DNA from: Diadema antillarum
Taxonomy: Eukaryota
DNA length: 64,000 bases
NCBI RefSeq assembly: GCF_040938485.1
Contig: NW_027272131.1
Span: 62,001-126,000, forward strand
Direction of reading: 5' to 3'
In this document: one piece after another, positions 41,501-52,328 of the stretch
Position numbering within the stretch: position 1 is the stretch's first letter
How the letters are laid out: every line of letters starts with the position of its first letter
The notes under the pieces: model-generated
The model's input: the letters and a program-made list of their open reading frames with translations, nothing else
Database searches by the model: none
What the model was told of the DNA's origin: nothing
Made by a program: the position numbers and the translations under genes

Positions 41501-44500
41501 TCTGCTGACCACATTTTTCCTTCACTTCTTTTTATTCTGAGCTGATCTTTGACTAATTTCACCATTTTTCTCTAGGTACAAGTACAATGAAATAAAACAA
41601 TAAATGCATTGTTTGTATATGTATGTATGTATCATGTATGATACATGATGCTTGATACAAATGGAAAAGAGAATTCATGGTGCAACATTGTATCAAATGT
41701 CATATTAATGCCAACACAGAGCAGGAAAACAGAACTCTAAGAAAATTGCACACTTTTCTTTAGTTAAGACGTCCTCACCATATATAGCTAGCATGTCTAT
41801 GATACAAGGATTACCTGAATTTCCTCCTCTTCATGTGAGGTTTCTTCTTTCAAGCTGATCTCGGCTGCACTGGATACAATGTGTGATGGGCTTTCTATCA
41901 CTATAGACATATCAAGAAATAGATAAGAAACATAGAAATGGAGATGTTACTCATAGTTCAGTGAATGCTGCATATCTAGTGCAGGCAACATAATCTATTT
42001 ACAACAAATATATCTCCTGTGAGGTATTTCTCACCATAAGCCAAATCCAGGAAAACATCGTGTACAATATTTATGGTAGACCCTAAAGCTTTACTTGAAT
42101 ACAATCCAGGAGTTCATTGATATGAGGGATCTAGACCTCTTACTCCTTGCAAAGTGCAACCAAAGATCAAGCTATGGGAGGTTTCCTTCCAACAGTATGG
42201 AAAACCCCCCCCCCCCCCAAAAAAAAAAAAACAACAACAACACATGAACAACACATCATCAACAAAACTGTGTGAAACATACAAAAATTTACACCTACTG
42301 TGATGTTAAACATGACTGAGTTTTGTAAGCAATGTCCAGAAATTATTTTGGTAAATGATTATCAATTAAACCGGACTTTACTAAAGTTGAAATTAAAAAA
42401 AAATAGAACATAACAGCGACAACCACAACATATTTTTGACTTCTTAATAGGCCTACCAAGTTTCTCCATCTGAGAGGGGCTGAGTTCCAGTAGAGAAGTT
42501 GAGAGTTTAGCAGCACGATAGGGACTGACAGATATCAGCTCCTGCACAGTAAGAAAGACATCGGGATCTCACATATATGTTAAGCTTTTTAAGTACTGGT
42601 TATTTTCAATCTATTCATTTCTATGGACTCACTTTTATTCATCTCTGAGGAGTTAAACAAAAACACTGCAAGAGAATGTTTCAAAGGTAGATTGGCTACA
42701 CAAACCAGGGGGTATTTATAGTCATATCTTATTTTATTTAAACGTCATTTCAAGTGCAACACATAAAAATACCAAGTAGATCATTGTATCACCAAAGTCC
42801 ATTGATACAGTCCTCTGTATATCCTTAACGCAACCTGATAGTGTTGTACTTGAGCATAACTTAGTTATCAAACAGGATCCAGACCTCCCAACCTTTCTGA
42901 TTGAAAAGTAAGGATGATATGGCTCAAAAGTAGGATGGAAAGAACTGTTCCAATAGAGTGTGTGGTAAAAATTATCAAGAAAAATAGGAAACTCCTAGTG
43001 AAACGAGAGCTGGGAATGGTCAAATTTCCGATTCTCTCCTCCAAATTCAGAATGGTTGAGAGGTCTGCAGTATCACCTATTCGGATGGCCACTGGTCCCA
43101 ACAGGGCCAATAACTGAGGTCGGGCTGCATTTATTATCTATTGCACTTGTTACACTGGCTTTCCCCTGAAAGGAGTTTTTGATTTATGTCAAGAAGTGAA
43201 AGAGAAGTTGTCTCCCCACATTGTTATTGAAAAACTAAGTTAGATTAAATAAGAATTATAGGGAAGTTATCAACACCTCCAAGTACGACCCAGAAAACTT
43301 ACTATCAACTCCCTGTCAAGAGATGTAGATCCAAAATTTGTCAAATGAAGAGTTTCCTCTATGATACCATAGCTCAATTTTCCCCCTCCCTTAAAAAAAA
43401 CAACAAAACAAAACAAAAAAACAAAACAAAACAAAATGTACAGAGTACCTTAAAAGCTGCTTTTTTTGTGAGGGTTTAATTTTCATAAATTCAACACGTG
43501 AAAATATCACCATGTACAGTAAAGTGGCATGCACCTACGATAGCCTCTGAGACAAAACAACATATCGCGAATCTGTCTGTGATCTCCTCATTCATGAATA
43601 GTTCTGTACACGAAAATAACAGCTTTTAGAGTATTGCATGCCTTTTTGTGTATACTATATGCGCATGTAGAGTACTGTGTGCATTTTTTGCGTGTCTGCA
43701 TGTGCGTATCAACACACATCGTAGTAGGCAGTCTTTCAGAACTCACAATTTCTGGCAGGAGTAATGGGTCAGGGCTGACGTCGAGTGACCCACGCATGAC
43801 CCCAAACTCTTCATCATGAAACAACGCGGATTCTGGCATGGTGCAGAAATTACCCGACCTGATGGATTATAGCAAAGAGAAGACAAAATAGTTCTTTGAG
43901 CAGGAAAAACAAGCAAACACACTGAACTTTCTCTGAAGTGTGTGTGTGTATGGGAGGGCTCAACATTAATGGTGGCACGAGGCCACTAAAGATTAGTGTC
44001 AGGCCATCAAATGTGCCTTTTGGTGGCCTGATTGGGCAACTAAGATTATAAATGGATTGTTACTTTTGCTTTTATTTTGGGACACTATACAGTGCACTCC
44101 CGTTATAACGAACACGGTTACAACAAATTCCAGTTACAACAAAATAAAAATTTAGATTCCAACATTATCAGCTCTGTGTTCTTTATTGTTTGTTTGTTTG
44201 GTTACAAGGAAAGAAAACTGCCGGTACCGAGCACTTCGTTATAATGGGAGTCCACTGTATATCTTTTTTGGGCCACCACAATTTCAGATTTAAAGATTTT
44301 AGTGTCCTGAAGAAGCCACCAGACAATAAAGTTAGCATCAAGCCCTGCATACATGGCATCGGAAACAGGGCTAGGTATGCTTTTGGTAACAAATCAGAGA
44401 TGTGTGATCAGAGATCTGCATAAATATCAGTGGGATTTTGAAACAAAAATTCTCACATTGATATTTTCTGATAAAGAAATCAGATACAGACAGAGGTTTT

Positions 44501-45796
44501 ATAGTTTTTAATTTTCCACAAAATGGTCTTTTACTGGTTATTCACAGAAACAATATCTGTTACCAAAAGAAATACCATTTGAAGACAGAATAATTTGGAT
44601 GGGAATATTTCTGGAAATATTCAAGAATTTGCATCAGCATATTGCAATATCTTTTGAAACAGCAATGCAAGTGAAACAAAATAAAAGCTCGTAAGAATAA
44701 TTGAACCTAAATCTTGGTTAATGGGACATTTCATTTTCTTCGGTTTTAAAAGTCATTCTGCATGGTGAAGAAAGTAATGGTGGTGGTGAGATATCTAAGC
44801 AAGTGACTAACCTTGCGGATTTCTTCAGCTGAATGTGAGTGGAGAGGGGATCTTCAAAGCTCCCCGTGGTCAGACGACAAGTGCGTTTGTGGAGTTCATG
44901 AACATCAACTGAAATGTCAAACATGGGATCATATCTATTCTGAGATCTTGATGGTAAGTCAGATTGGACTATTGTAGATGTAGTGCTTGTTGAATAACAA
45001 TCTGGACATATACAGAAATACTTCACACATACTGTCTCCAGGTTTACAAAATTTTACGAAATGTGTCAATGTGTTGCTCTGTAGAGAGAATGACGACAAA
45101 GATCTTATGAAGACACTCAGATATCTTTTAAACTGCAGAAAGATTAATCAAGCATGAGAAATGCATAGCCGCAAGAGCTTATGGACACTGACTGAACACA
45201 TACACCTGGTTATACAGAACATAGTTCATTGCAAATAAGTATCTGAATGCTTCTGATGCTGTGTGTCCTGAAGTTTGTGTGAACTGACCAATGAAGTAAC
45301 TGAACTGCTTCTCAAAGACCCTGGCCACGCCCACCATCAGTTGTGAAGACAGGTAGAGGGAGAAACGTGGGCGGGACCCCTTAGGTCCGATGGGCGGAGC
45401 TCTGAGGGTGATGTAATTGATGATGTCTTCGCTGTTGAAGGAACAGCATGTAAAAAAAAATGAAAACAAAACAGTGAAGAAAGTTAGAATTATAAAATGG
45501 TTTCATTGTTACAGTCATCAGGCTTAGATATGAAATCATTAAAATCTCATCCTACGAACACTGCACCAGTTTAATCAATAAAAAGTTTCCATACATGAGT
45601 TTCCTCTGGAAATATTAAGTGTTTTCTAATGGTTTCCTCTTATTCTTAATTATTACATAGACCATTCACAGGGTATTGGAAAAGTTTAGCAATTTACAGA
45701 GTCCTGGAAAAAACATAGACAGAAAATAAATTTTTATCTCTTTAGGTATGGTTATAATTCTTTTTACTATCTATAGCTGTAGTTTGCAGTATCACA

Positions 45797-45828
<32 letters not shown>

Positions 45829-46404
45829 CTCACCAGGATTTTGGAACACACACACTGCAGTAGTCCCGCTTTGTAAGAGAGACTCCCTTGGTAGCAGCAA
45901 TCCTAAGATATTGTGGCAAGAGCAGTGACAAAAAGGTGAAGACAATGTCAGGGACAGATGGACGGGACAAAAAGTGTCATAGAAGTGTAGAACCTCTACA
46001 AACATCAAACAACCAAGACAATCTGAAACATATGCTATCTAGAAAACATAAGAGACAAAATCCAACCCTGAGACTAAGCTTCCCACAGATCTATATCAAC
46101 ACAGTTAAAACAAGAATAGAGTTCTTACGTTATAGTTGAACCAACTGTATGTGGTAATCTGAAAGAATCCCCCCCCCCAAAAAAAAAAACCCAAAAAAAC
46201 ATACATTCCACTCCAAAAGAAAATCATCCTAAAAAGTAGACCTAAATCATAAGCTTTGCATAACTAACATTACATAGGCCTATCATTCTTTTTTATAGAT
46301 CTAACCGTTAGGTTACAAATTGTATCATCCTACCATTTTGTTTCTTACCAAATGACACCAAACTTCCCTCCTCTCTTCTGTAGAATGTCGTGTGCGTAGA
46401 ACAT
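32540..46404 (-). CDS. REC8: Meiotic cohesin kleisin REC8-like protein, about 706 aa
   Basis: Exons (minus): 46349-46404, 45834-45902, 45289-45431, 44812-44908 (alternative acceptor 45001), 43747-43858, 42457-42541, 41815-41900, 40763-40896, 39847-40105, 39545-39712, 39048-39108, 37733-37965, 36922-37033, 35836-35908, 34547-34789, 33398-33504, 32540-32622 (TGA). N-terminus MFYAHDILQKRGGKFGVIWIAAT...RFSLYLSSQLMVGV is REC8-type rather than RAD21-type (LAAHW). STAG-binding-like RRGRKRRLVFADTTTQLS; C-terminal winged helix ending RSVAAKIFAVCLEYAAMGLITVHQEKPFADIYI. Start context GCAGCCATG. Confidence 0.9.
34280..34435 (+). mobile_element. MITE family C copy, apparently nested in an older MITE
   Basis: TA-CTGTAAAACCAG...CTTTACAG-TA; flanks resemble the two halves of the 37507-37691 element. 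Confidence 0.75.
34991..35199. mobile_element. Intact 209-bp TA-flanked MITE in a REC8 intron
   Basis: TIR CTGTAAAAGTGGA / TCCACTTTTACAG, TA on both sides (Tc1/mariner-type target). Confidence 0.85.
36573..36812. mobile_element. 240-bp MITE (family A), opposite orientation, in a REC8 intron
   Basis: TA-CTGTATTCGCCG...GGCGTATACAG-TA; colinear with the reverse complement of 1421-1660. Confidence 0.85.
37171..37240 (+). mobile_element. Degenerate tRNA-derived SINE head
   Basis: A-box-like TGGTCTTGTGG and B-box-like GGTTCAAAGCC at tRNA-like spacing; no full cloverleaf. Confidence 0.4.
37507..37691. mobile_element. Tigger-like MITE, older copy
   Basis: TA-CATTGCACTCCCTTTATAAC...GTTAAAACGGTAGTGCATTG-TA. 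Confidence 0.7.
38566..38925. mobile_element. hAT-like MITE with a 6-bp target duplication
   Basis: Perfect 13-bp TIR CAGAGACTCCAAC / GTTGGAGTCTCTG; GATTCA at 38560-38565 and 38926-38931. Confidence 0.85.
40547..40687. other. Assembly gap (141 N) in REC8 intron 8
   Basis: Run of N next to an ATT/ATC low-complexity tract. Confidence 1.
44090..44257. mobile_element. Tigger-like MITE
   Basis: TA-CAGTGCACTCCCGTTATAACG...CGTTATAATGGGAGTCCACTG-TA. Confidence 0.85.
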
Positions 46405-46859
46405 GGCTGCCTCTTCTGTTTCTTGGGTAGACACACTCTAACTAGCAGCTAGTTGCCTGATTTCCGTCAGTCTGCAATGCAAAATACAGATTTGGTCCAT
46501 TACATTAATCCATCTTTCAGGAGCAGCCAATCAACTGATCAGACTAAACTACCATCTCCAGCACAGCAGCAGGTAGACAGAAAGATCCGTCTGTCCGGAG
46601 GACTCTTATATATTTTGCCATTAACGCTGTCCTCCGTAGACAGACGGAAGGTTGCAGTACCCATTGCTGTGTGGATGTTCTTAACCACTGTCTCTATGGA
46701 AAATTGGGTGAGGTACCTCACCCTTCTCGATTGCATCTAATTCACGGCCCTAGGTCGGCAAATTTAAGCTTGTATGGTGAATTTATTTTTTCAAGAATAC
46801 GTTACACTCACCAGATTAATAATTCAACATTTTAGGAGAATTTTCAACGTAAAACACAG

Positions 46860-47080
46860 CCTGTCGCGTCGTCACATTCAAACTGCAGAAACATACACTA
46901 TGAATCTATTAGCCAATCACATGCGAGGTAGTTTCTACGTGTTTGTTTTACTAAAACACGTACCTCGCATGTGATTGGCTTAGCAATTGTTACAGATTCA
47001 AAATGGCGACTTACTGCTCGCGAACGGCGATGTTGCGATATCGATAAAATTTCTGCATTATAACCGAGGTTATGTGAGTA
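46860..47080. promoter_or_regulatory. Candidate proximal, possibly bidirectional, promoter upstream of REC8
   Basis: CpG-rich; mirrored CCAAT/ATTGG boxes (46913, 46975), TTCAAA (CHR-like), AAAATGGCG (YY1-like, about 47000), TATCGATA (DRE, 47039-47046). The REC8 ATG exon has an acceptor at 46471/46472, so an upstream non-coding exon is required. Confidence 0.55.
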
Positions 47081-48033
47081 TTTCGATTGCACAATGTGAG
47101 AAATTTATCCCAAATATTGCTGCATAATGTGTCATGTCATGTCATACTTGTTTGAATGTACAAAAGCTGTCTGAAATTTGGTTTATCGTAACGTCTGATC
47201 TGTGCGCGACTGCTCCACACAGGAGCCGCAATCATTGACTTCGGTCTGTATACGGAGGGGATCCGTGAAGCCAGACGCAGTCTCCGCGGAACATTCCCCG
47301 ACGGACAGATACAGACCGATCTTTCGGTCAAAGCAGCAGGCTACCTAGTGTAGTGTCCTAGCCAAGTTCTGTTCTGTAGTGCTAACGTTAGTGTCACTAC
47401 TTAGACCTGTTAACATGGTTAGAGTTTCTATTTATTAATAGTAGCCGTTAAATACGTGTTAGAAAGGTCAGTGCTGAGTGATGAGCCCACTGACCGGCTT
47501 GTGAAACTTGGTTGGTCAACACTTTACTAATATCTGGCCTAGTCTAACGTTAAATCCATTGTCCGTTGACCGTTTTCAATGGAATGCACCTGCAATTTTT
47601 TTTTTTTTTGTCCTTAGAGAACAAAATCAATTGTCTGCCCTGACGTCTGATAACTGAATTAGATGTGAATAAAAAGGTAAAAGTAGACCTTCTAATCAAA
47701 TCATAGTACCTCAACAGTTAGCCTAATGCCTTTTAAGTCTAAATGTTGAGCTCAATGATCACTGGAAACAGTAGTATAGAATCTAACGTTAGATCTTCTC
47801 ATTCACTCAGATTGCATTTTAACGTTAGACACCACCCGGTACCCGTGGCGTGGATATAGTTTAAGTACCAGTAACACGTAATAGAACATCACAGAACTCG
47901 AGTTCAGGCTCAATTAGTCAAGTCGAGATTGGATCCGTTGAATGACCCCCTATTCACTTGGCGTCATCATAGCCATAGGTAATTCAGATAATTAATACCA
48001 GGTAGAAAAGTACCACTTTATTTAGTGACTTAC

Positions 48034-48300
48034 CACAATCAGGTCAACGTTGAGCGTTTTGCAATATCGTGCTTCTCTAGACTACTGTAGCTCTTCGAAT
48101 GATGGGGGCATCATCACATCACACACGCGATAGATGTTGATCAACCACGAAGATCTATCGCGTCGCAATCTGTCCAATCATCGGTAGGTTTACATCTACA
48201 GCCACGCCTACGAAACAACTTTGACCAATCACGAACCGACTAAAAGTTCCCGCGGTTTGCATCACTGTAAACAGAAGACAAGTGGCGGGAAAAAAGCTCA
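48034..48300 (-). promoter_or_regulatory. Candidate distal promoter and non-coding first exon, probably for REC8
   Basis: CpG-rich; CCAAT at 48174 and 48225; E2F-like TTCCCGCG (48247) and GGCGGGAAA (48284); consensus minus-strand donor TG|GTAAGT at 48034/48033. Confidence 0.45.
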
Positions 48301-48529
48301 CTATGTCACTAGGCATACAGTAGGCCGGTGCCTCGACGGTTACCCTCGATCGGTAATTCGGTACGCGGTATGGGCCTACCGGTAGCTCTCATATCAGTCA
48401 CAAAACTCAGTAACTCCCATTATGATAAGCCTAAATGATTCCCGCATAATGACCTACTAGCCTTTTGTCGGATGGATTATGGATATCATTGTTCCATATC
48501 GCGCGACTTTGGGACTATGAGTAGTTACT

Positions 48530-48712
48530 CTGTAAAACTAGGAATGTTCGCGTGCGAAATTACAATGCACGCGAAAGTTTTTGTCTACACTACTCAGTAT
48601 TATGCATTGAATGCCTGTGGCAGTTTGCGAAAATTTAACGCCTAAAAAAAAAAAAAAGGCTCTCGGCTCCAATTCGCGAAAATTTCATGCCGCGAATATA
48701 TCATGTTTTAGC
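48530..48712 (+). mobile_element. MITE family C copy, CpG-rich, intergenic
   Basis: CTGTAAAACTAGGAATGTTCGCGTGCG..., core TATGCATTGAATGCC, TTCGCGAAAATTTCATGCCGCGAATA. Confidence 0.75.
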
Positions 48713-51604
48713 GCATGGCTAGCTCTCGTGTTGTTTCTCCCTTTCTCTCTTTTTAGACGGACGGTGCAACGGAAGGAAAACCCAAGGAACTTTTACTCAA
48801 ATGCTATAATTTCACAGATGAATACTAAAATAAAATAAATGTGACTTTAACAGAGTACACTCTCGATGCTAAAAACTGTCATTATCAAAGCAAGGCAAAA
48901 TACGCACAACTGTTAGGGAGTGTGAAACGGGAAAGTGTAGGCCTTGTCTATACCGGCATCTTCAGTATAATTGGCTTTTTCAATTTAAAGATGAGCATAA
49001 TATTTTATTCAGATCTTTCGGTCTGGTTAAAACATTTGAAGTTAAGGAGAAATTCCTGATTTCAACCCTTGTCAGTCCATGGTAGACCTATTGTCAGATT
49101 CCTCCATAATTTAAAAAAAAAAAATGGTAGGCCTATTGAATGAAAACTAGTTACTCAAATTTTCTGCAGTGTTTCTGATTTTTTTTTTCCCATTCATGTA
49201 AGTTTGAAGCTCTGCTATATACCACTTTCAAGGAGATTTTTTTTTTTTGATTAGAAAGGAATTGTCCATCACATGATGGACAATTCCTTTCTAATCAAAA
49301 ATATATTTTGTTCATAAGCACATGAGATATATAAAGTCATACATGCAATTTCATGATGCCTATGATGGCTTATATGTTTGTCAAGTCTTCTAAACTTAGG
49401 GCTAATACAACTGTTTTATAATGATATGGAGGAGAAGGATGATGGCTAAACTCGCAGATTGGTTCATGCCCCACTGAACAAACTTTCTCATATCTATCTC
49501 TTGTTGCATATATTCCCTGTATACTGAAGAGAGTCTAATCAAAAAGTTTGCGATCGATTTCCCTATTACATAACTCGGATATGCAGTTTGTCAGGTTGAA
49601 AGTGACCAACTTGACAAGAGAGCACTTAGAAGAAATGTTTTTACATGTATCAACCTTACCTCTTTCTAATAAATCAAACAATAATATCTTAACTTTTCTT
49701 GCCAAAGGTTGATTCCCATCAAGGTCTACCTGACTAAACTGTACTAAGAAAGAACTAAAAGCAGGAAAATGCCTGATTCCCTTTTTATCATGTCCTTACC
49801 ATTCACAGAATACTTGCACATTCTATTGAAATGAAATCTGATGGCCTCTTGTTGCAGTTTCTGAACTGATGTATCATCACTTCACTAAAGTATTATCAAA
49901 CTATAGTGAGATACATTTTACGTACTTCACTCAAAACAACATGTGACAACTGAGTTCTCAACAACTTATGAAGATGAATGGATTAATCATTAAATACTGA
50001 CCTCAATGTTACAAAAAGAGTGTCATTGACAGTTTGAATCATAATCATGTGTGATATTCAAAACATGTTTTTGTTTGAAGTTTTGTACTCAGTTTTATTA
50101 CTTCCATGTACTGTGGCAACCACACACAGCTGGATGGTTGTTTCCACACTAGCTGCAATCACTGCAACTCATTGGGCAGTTACTTTGTGTGTTTGTTTTC
50201 TTTTTTATGGAATTTGATGCAGAAAAAAAAATAGTTGAAATATGGTCTCATGTAATTTTCTAATGAGTATTTTATATGTACAGATAGTTTACCTAACGGT
50301 ACTTTAATAGCAACACTACAATTAAGAACTGCTGCATACATACATGTAGATTCAACACCAACTCCAGGTTAAATATTCAGCTGTTTCTTAGTTGCAAACC
50401 ATGTACAATGAATGTATTTCCGTTTGGGTTACGATGTGTTATTGTATATGATCACAGTGATACACATGTTAAAAAAAAAACCCCAAAAAACAAAAAACCC
50501 TCAAAACATTCATTTAAAATAATACAGTACATTCATTTACCACTTCAAATTGCTTTTTGGCACACCTTTATACCAACATTTGTAAGTATAAAAATCAAAA
50601 GGCCACAGAGGAGATCTGCAGAGATTCATCATATTAGATTTTTTAATGGTACAGTAATATAAAATAAAGATATACAAATATTCAGTAAATTGCATATATT
50701 TCTCACTATAGTACAGCCTCAATTATGCTCCAACATCCCACTTCCCAATGATAACAAAAATATTGTCTGGTCTGTTAGAAATGTGATGGACAACATCATC
50801 ATACGAATTAACATAAAAAGGTGTTAAGAAGACATTGACAGTACTGCAAGATTTTTTTTTTTCATTTGCTTCTTTTTGCTGTTTCATTGAGACACTGGAT
50901 AGAGGTTTGTCAACTAATCCTGTGGGATACACAGAGAAAATATTGTATTGCACATATTTTAAACTGTCCAAAGTGAGATGCATAGATTGAGGTAATGCAG
51001 TTCTTTAAACATACAAAGTGTGTTGGATAAGTGAGTACAAATAAACATCAATGTAGTTGGCTACTTGTATGCCTTCTGAGTTACCAGGGTATCTAGGTAC
51101 GCCACAATAGCTAATCATTCTCTCTTTTGACATTCCAAAATAGGTGAGCAGATTTAAGTAGGCCTAAGTGAATTTGTCTTGGGCAAGAATAGAACATTGT
51201 TTCAATAACATTTTACTGTCAAACAGTGCACATTTACTGGCCCCACAAATCTGCAGTGACAGCAGAAAGTTGACAATACACATGTAAACAGTAACACAAA
51301 AATACAGCGATCTAAAATCATCCTATAATATAATTTCTCAATCCCATTTGTCATACATGTGGTAGCATATTTCCATGACTTTTGTTGTTGCATAAGAGGA
51401 AGGGTGCCAACTTCAAAGACTTTGCATAGTGTTCATACCCTTGTGATTTCAAGTGATGAGTTAGCATGTACTGTACAAAATAATAATATTTTCCCTGAAC
51501 TCAAATTGCATCATATATCTGAAACTATGATCTTGCTACAAAATCATTGTGAAAAGTTATGAATAAACATTAACTGAGGTAATTGTCCCTCAATAAGTTA
51601 TGTA

Positions 51605-51798
51605 CAGTCAACCTTGCTTAAGTCGACCTCACATAAGTCGAATGATCGCCTAAGTCGAGGGTCTTTTTAAGATCTCTTCTCTTTATATCATATTCTAATC
51701 CCTCATAAGTCGAATTGTCTCTAAGTCAAAGCTATTTCTTTAGTCCAAATAGATTCAACTTAGGCAAGTTTTTTTTTTTTTTTTTCCAAGGTTGACTG
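51605..51798. mobile_element. Tc1/mariner (pogo/Tigger-like) MITE
   Basis: TA-CAGTCAACCTTG...CAAGGTTGACTG-TA perfect 12-bp TIR; internal TAAGTCGA repeats. Confidence 0.85.
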
Positions 51799-52328
51799 TA
51801 AAACCATTTCAATGACACTGATTTTCAGGCAGAGACTGAACGAAGTTCGGAAGGTACAATTTCAACTTTTATATGTGAGAACATGGTAGTACAATGGATG
51901 AGACTCCAAACTCTTGAAGAAGATTGCCCAGATTCATAGTCCCAAACCCCAATTGATGTTTATGTCCTTAGATATGATAGTTTTACCTACTTAATCCCTC
52001 ATCAAGAAGGTACATGTATTACGATCAGATACCTTGCAATGGAGGAATAAAGATAACCATGTTAGGGCCAAGATGGGACTACGACACCAAGGTTAAATGG
52101 TAAATTGTGCCGTTTTATGTAAATTTGCAATTGTAACCATGGAAGAACCATGGTGGTACTCTCATTCTGTAGCACACTGCAGTAGCATCATTAGAATTTC
52201 AATTGCAGTATGAAAGCATTTACTGTTGCAAGTGTAAAAAGACACAAGTTTAGAGGATACATTCATACATTCATATTTGTCAGTTAACCTGTAGATTTCA
52301 TTTGCTTCGATAAAAAGGCTCATGCATT

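Noticed and set aside
43077-43124. Possible 48-nt REC8 cassette (poison) exon ending in TAG
   Set aside because: The acceptor lacks a pyrimidine tract, the donor GTGATA is weak, and the flanking exons already join in phase.
32540-46404. Calling this gene RAD21 or RAD21L
   Set aside because: The N-terminal IWIAAT and RFSLYLSSQLMVGV are REC8-type; RAD21 has IWLAAHW and ALRTSGHLLLGV.
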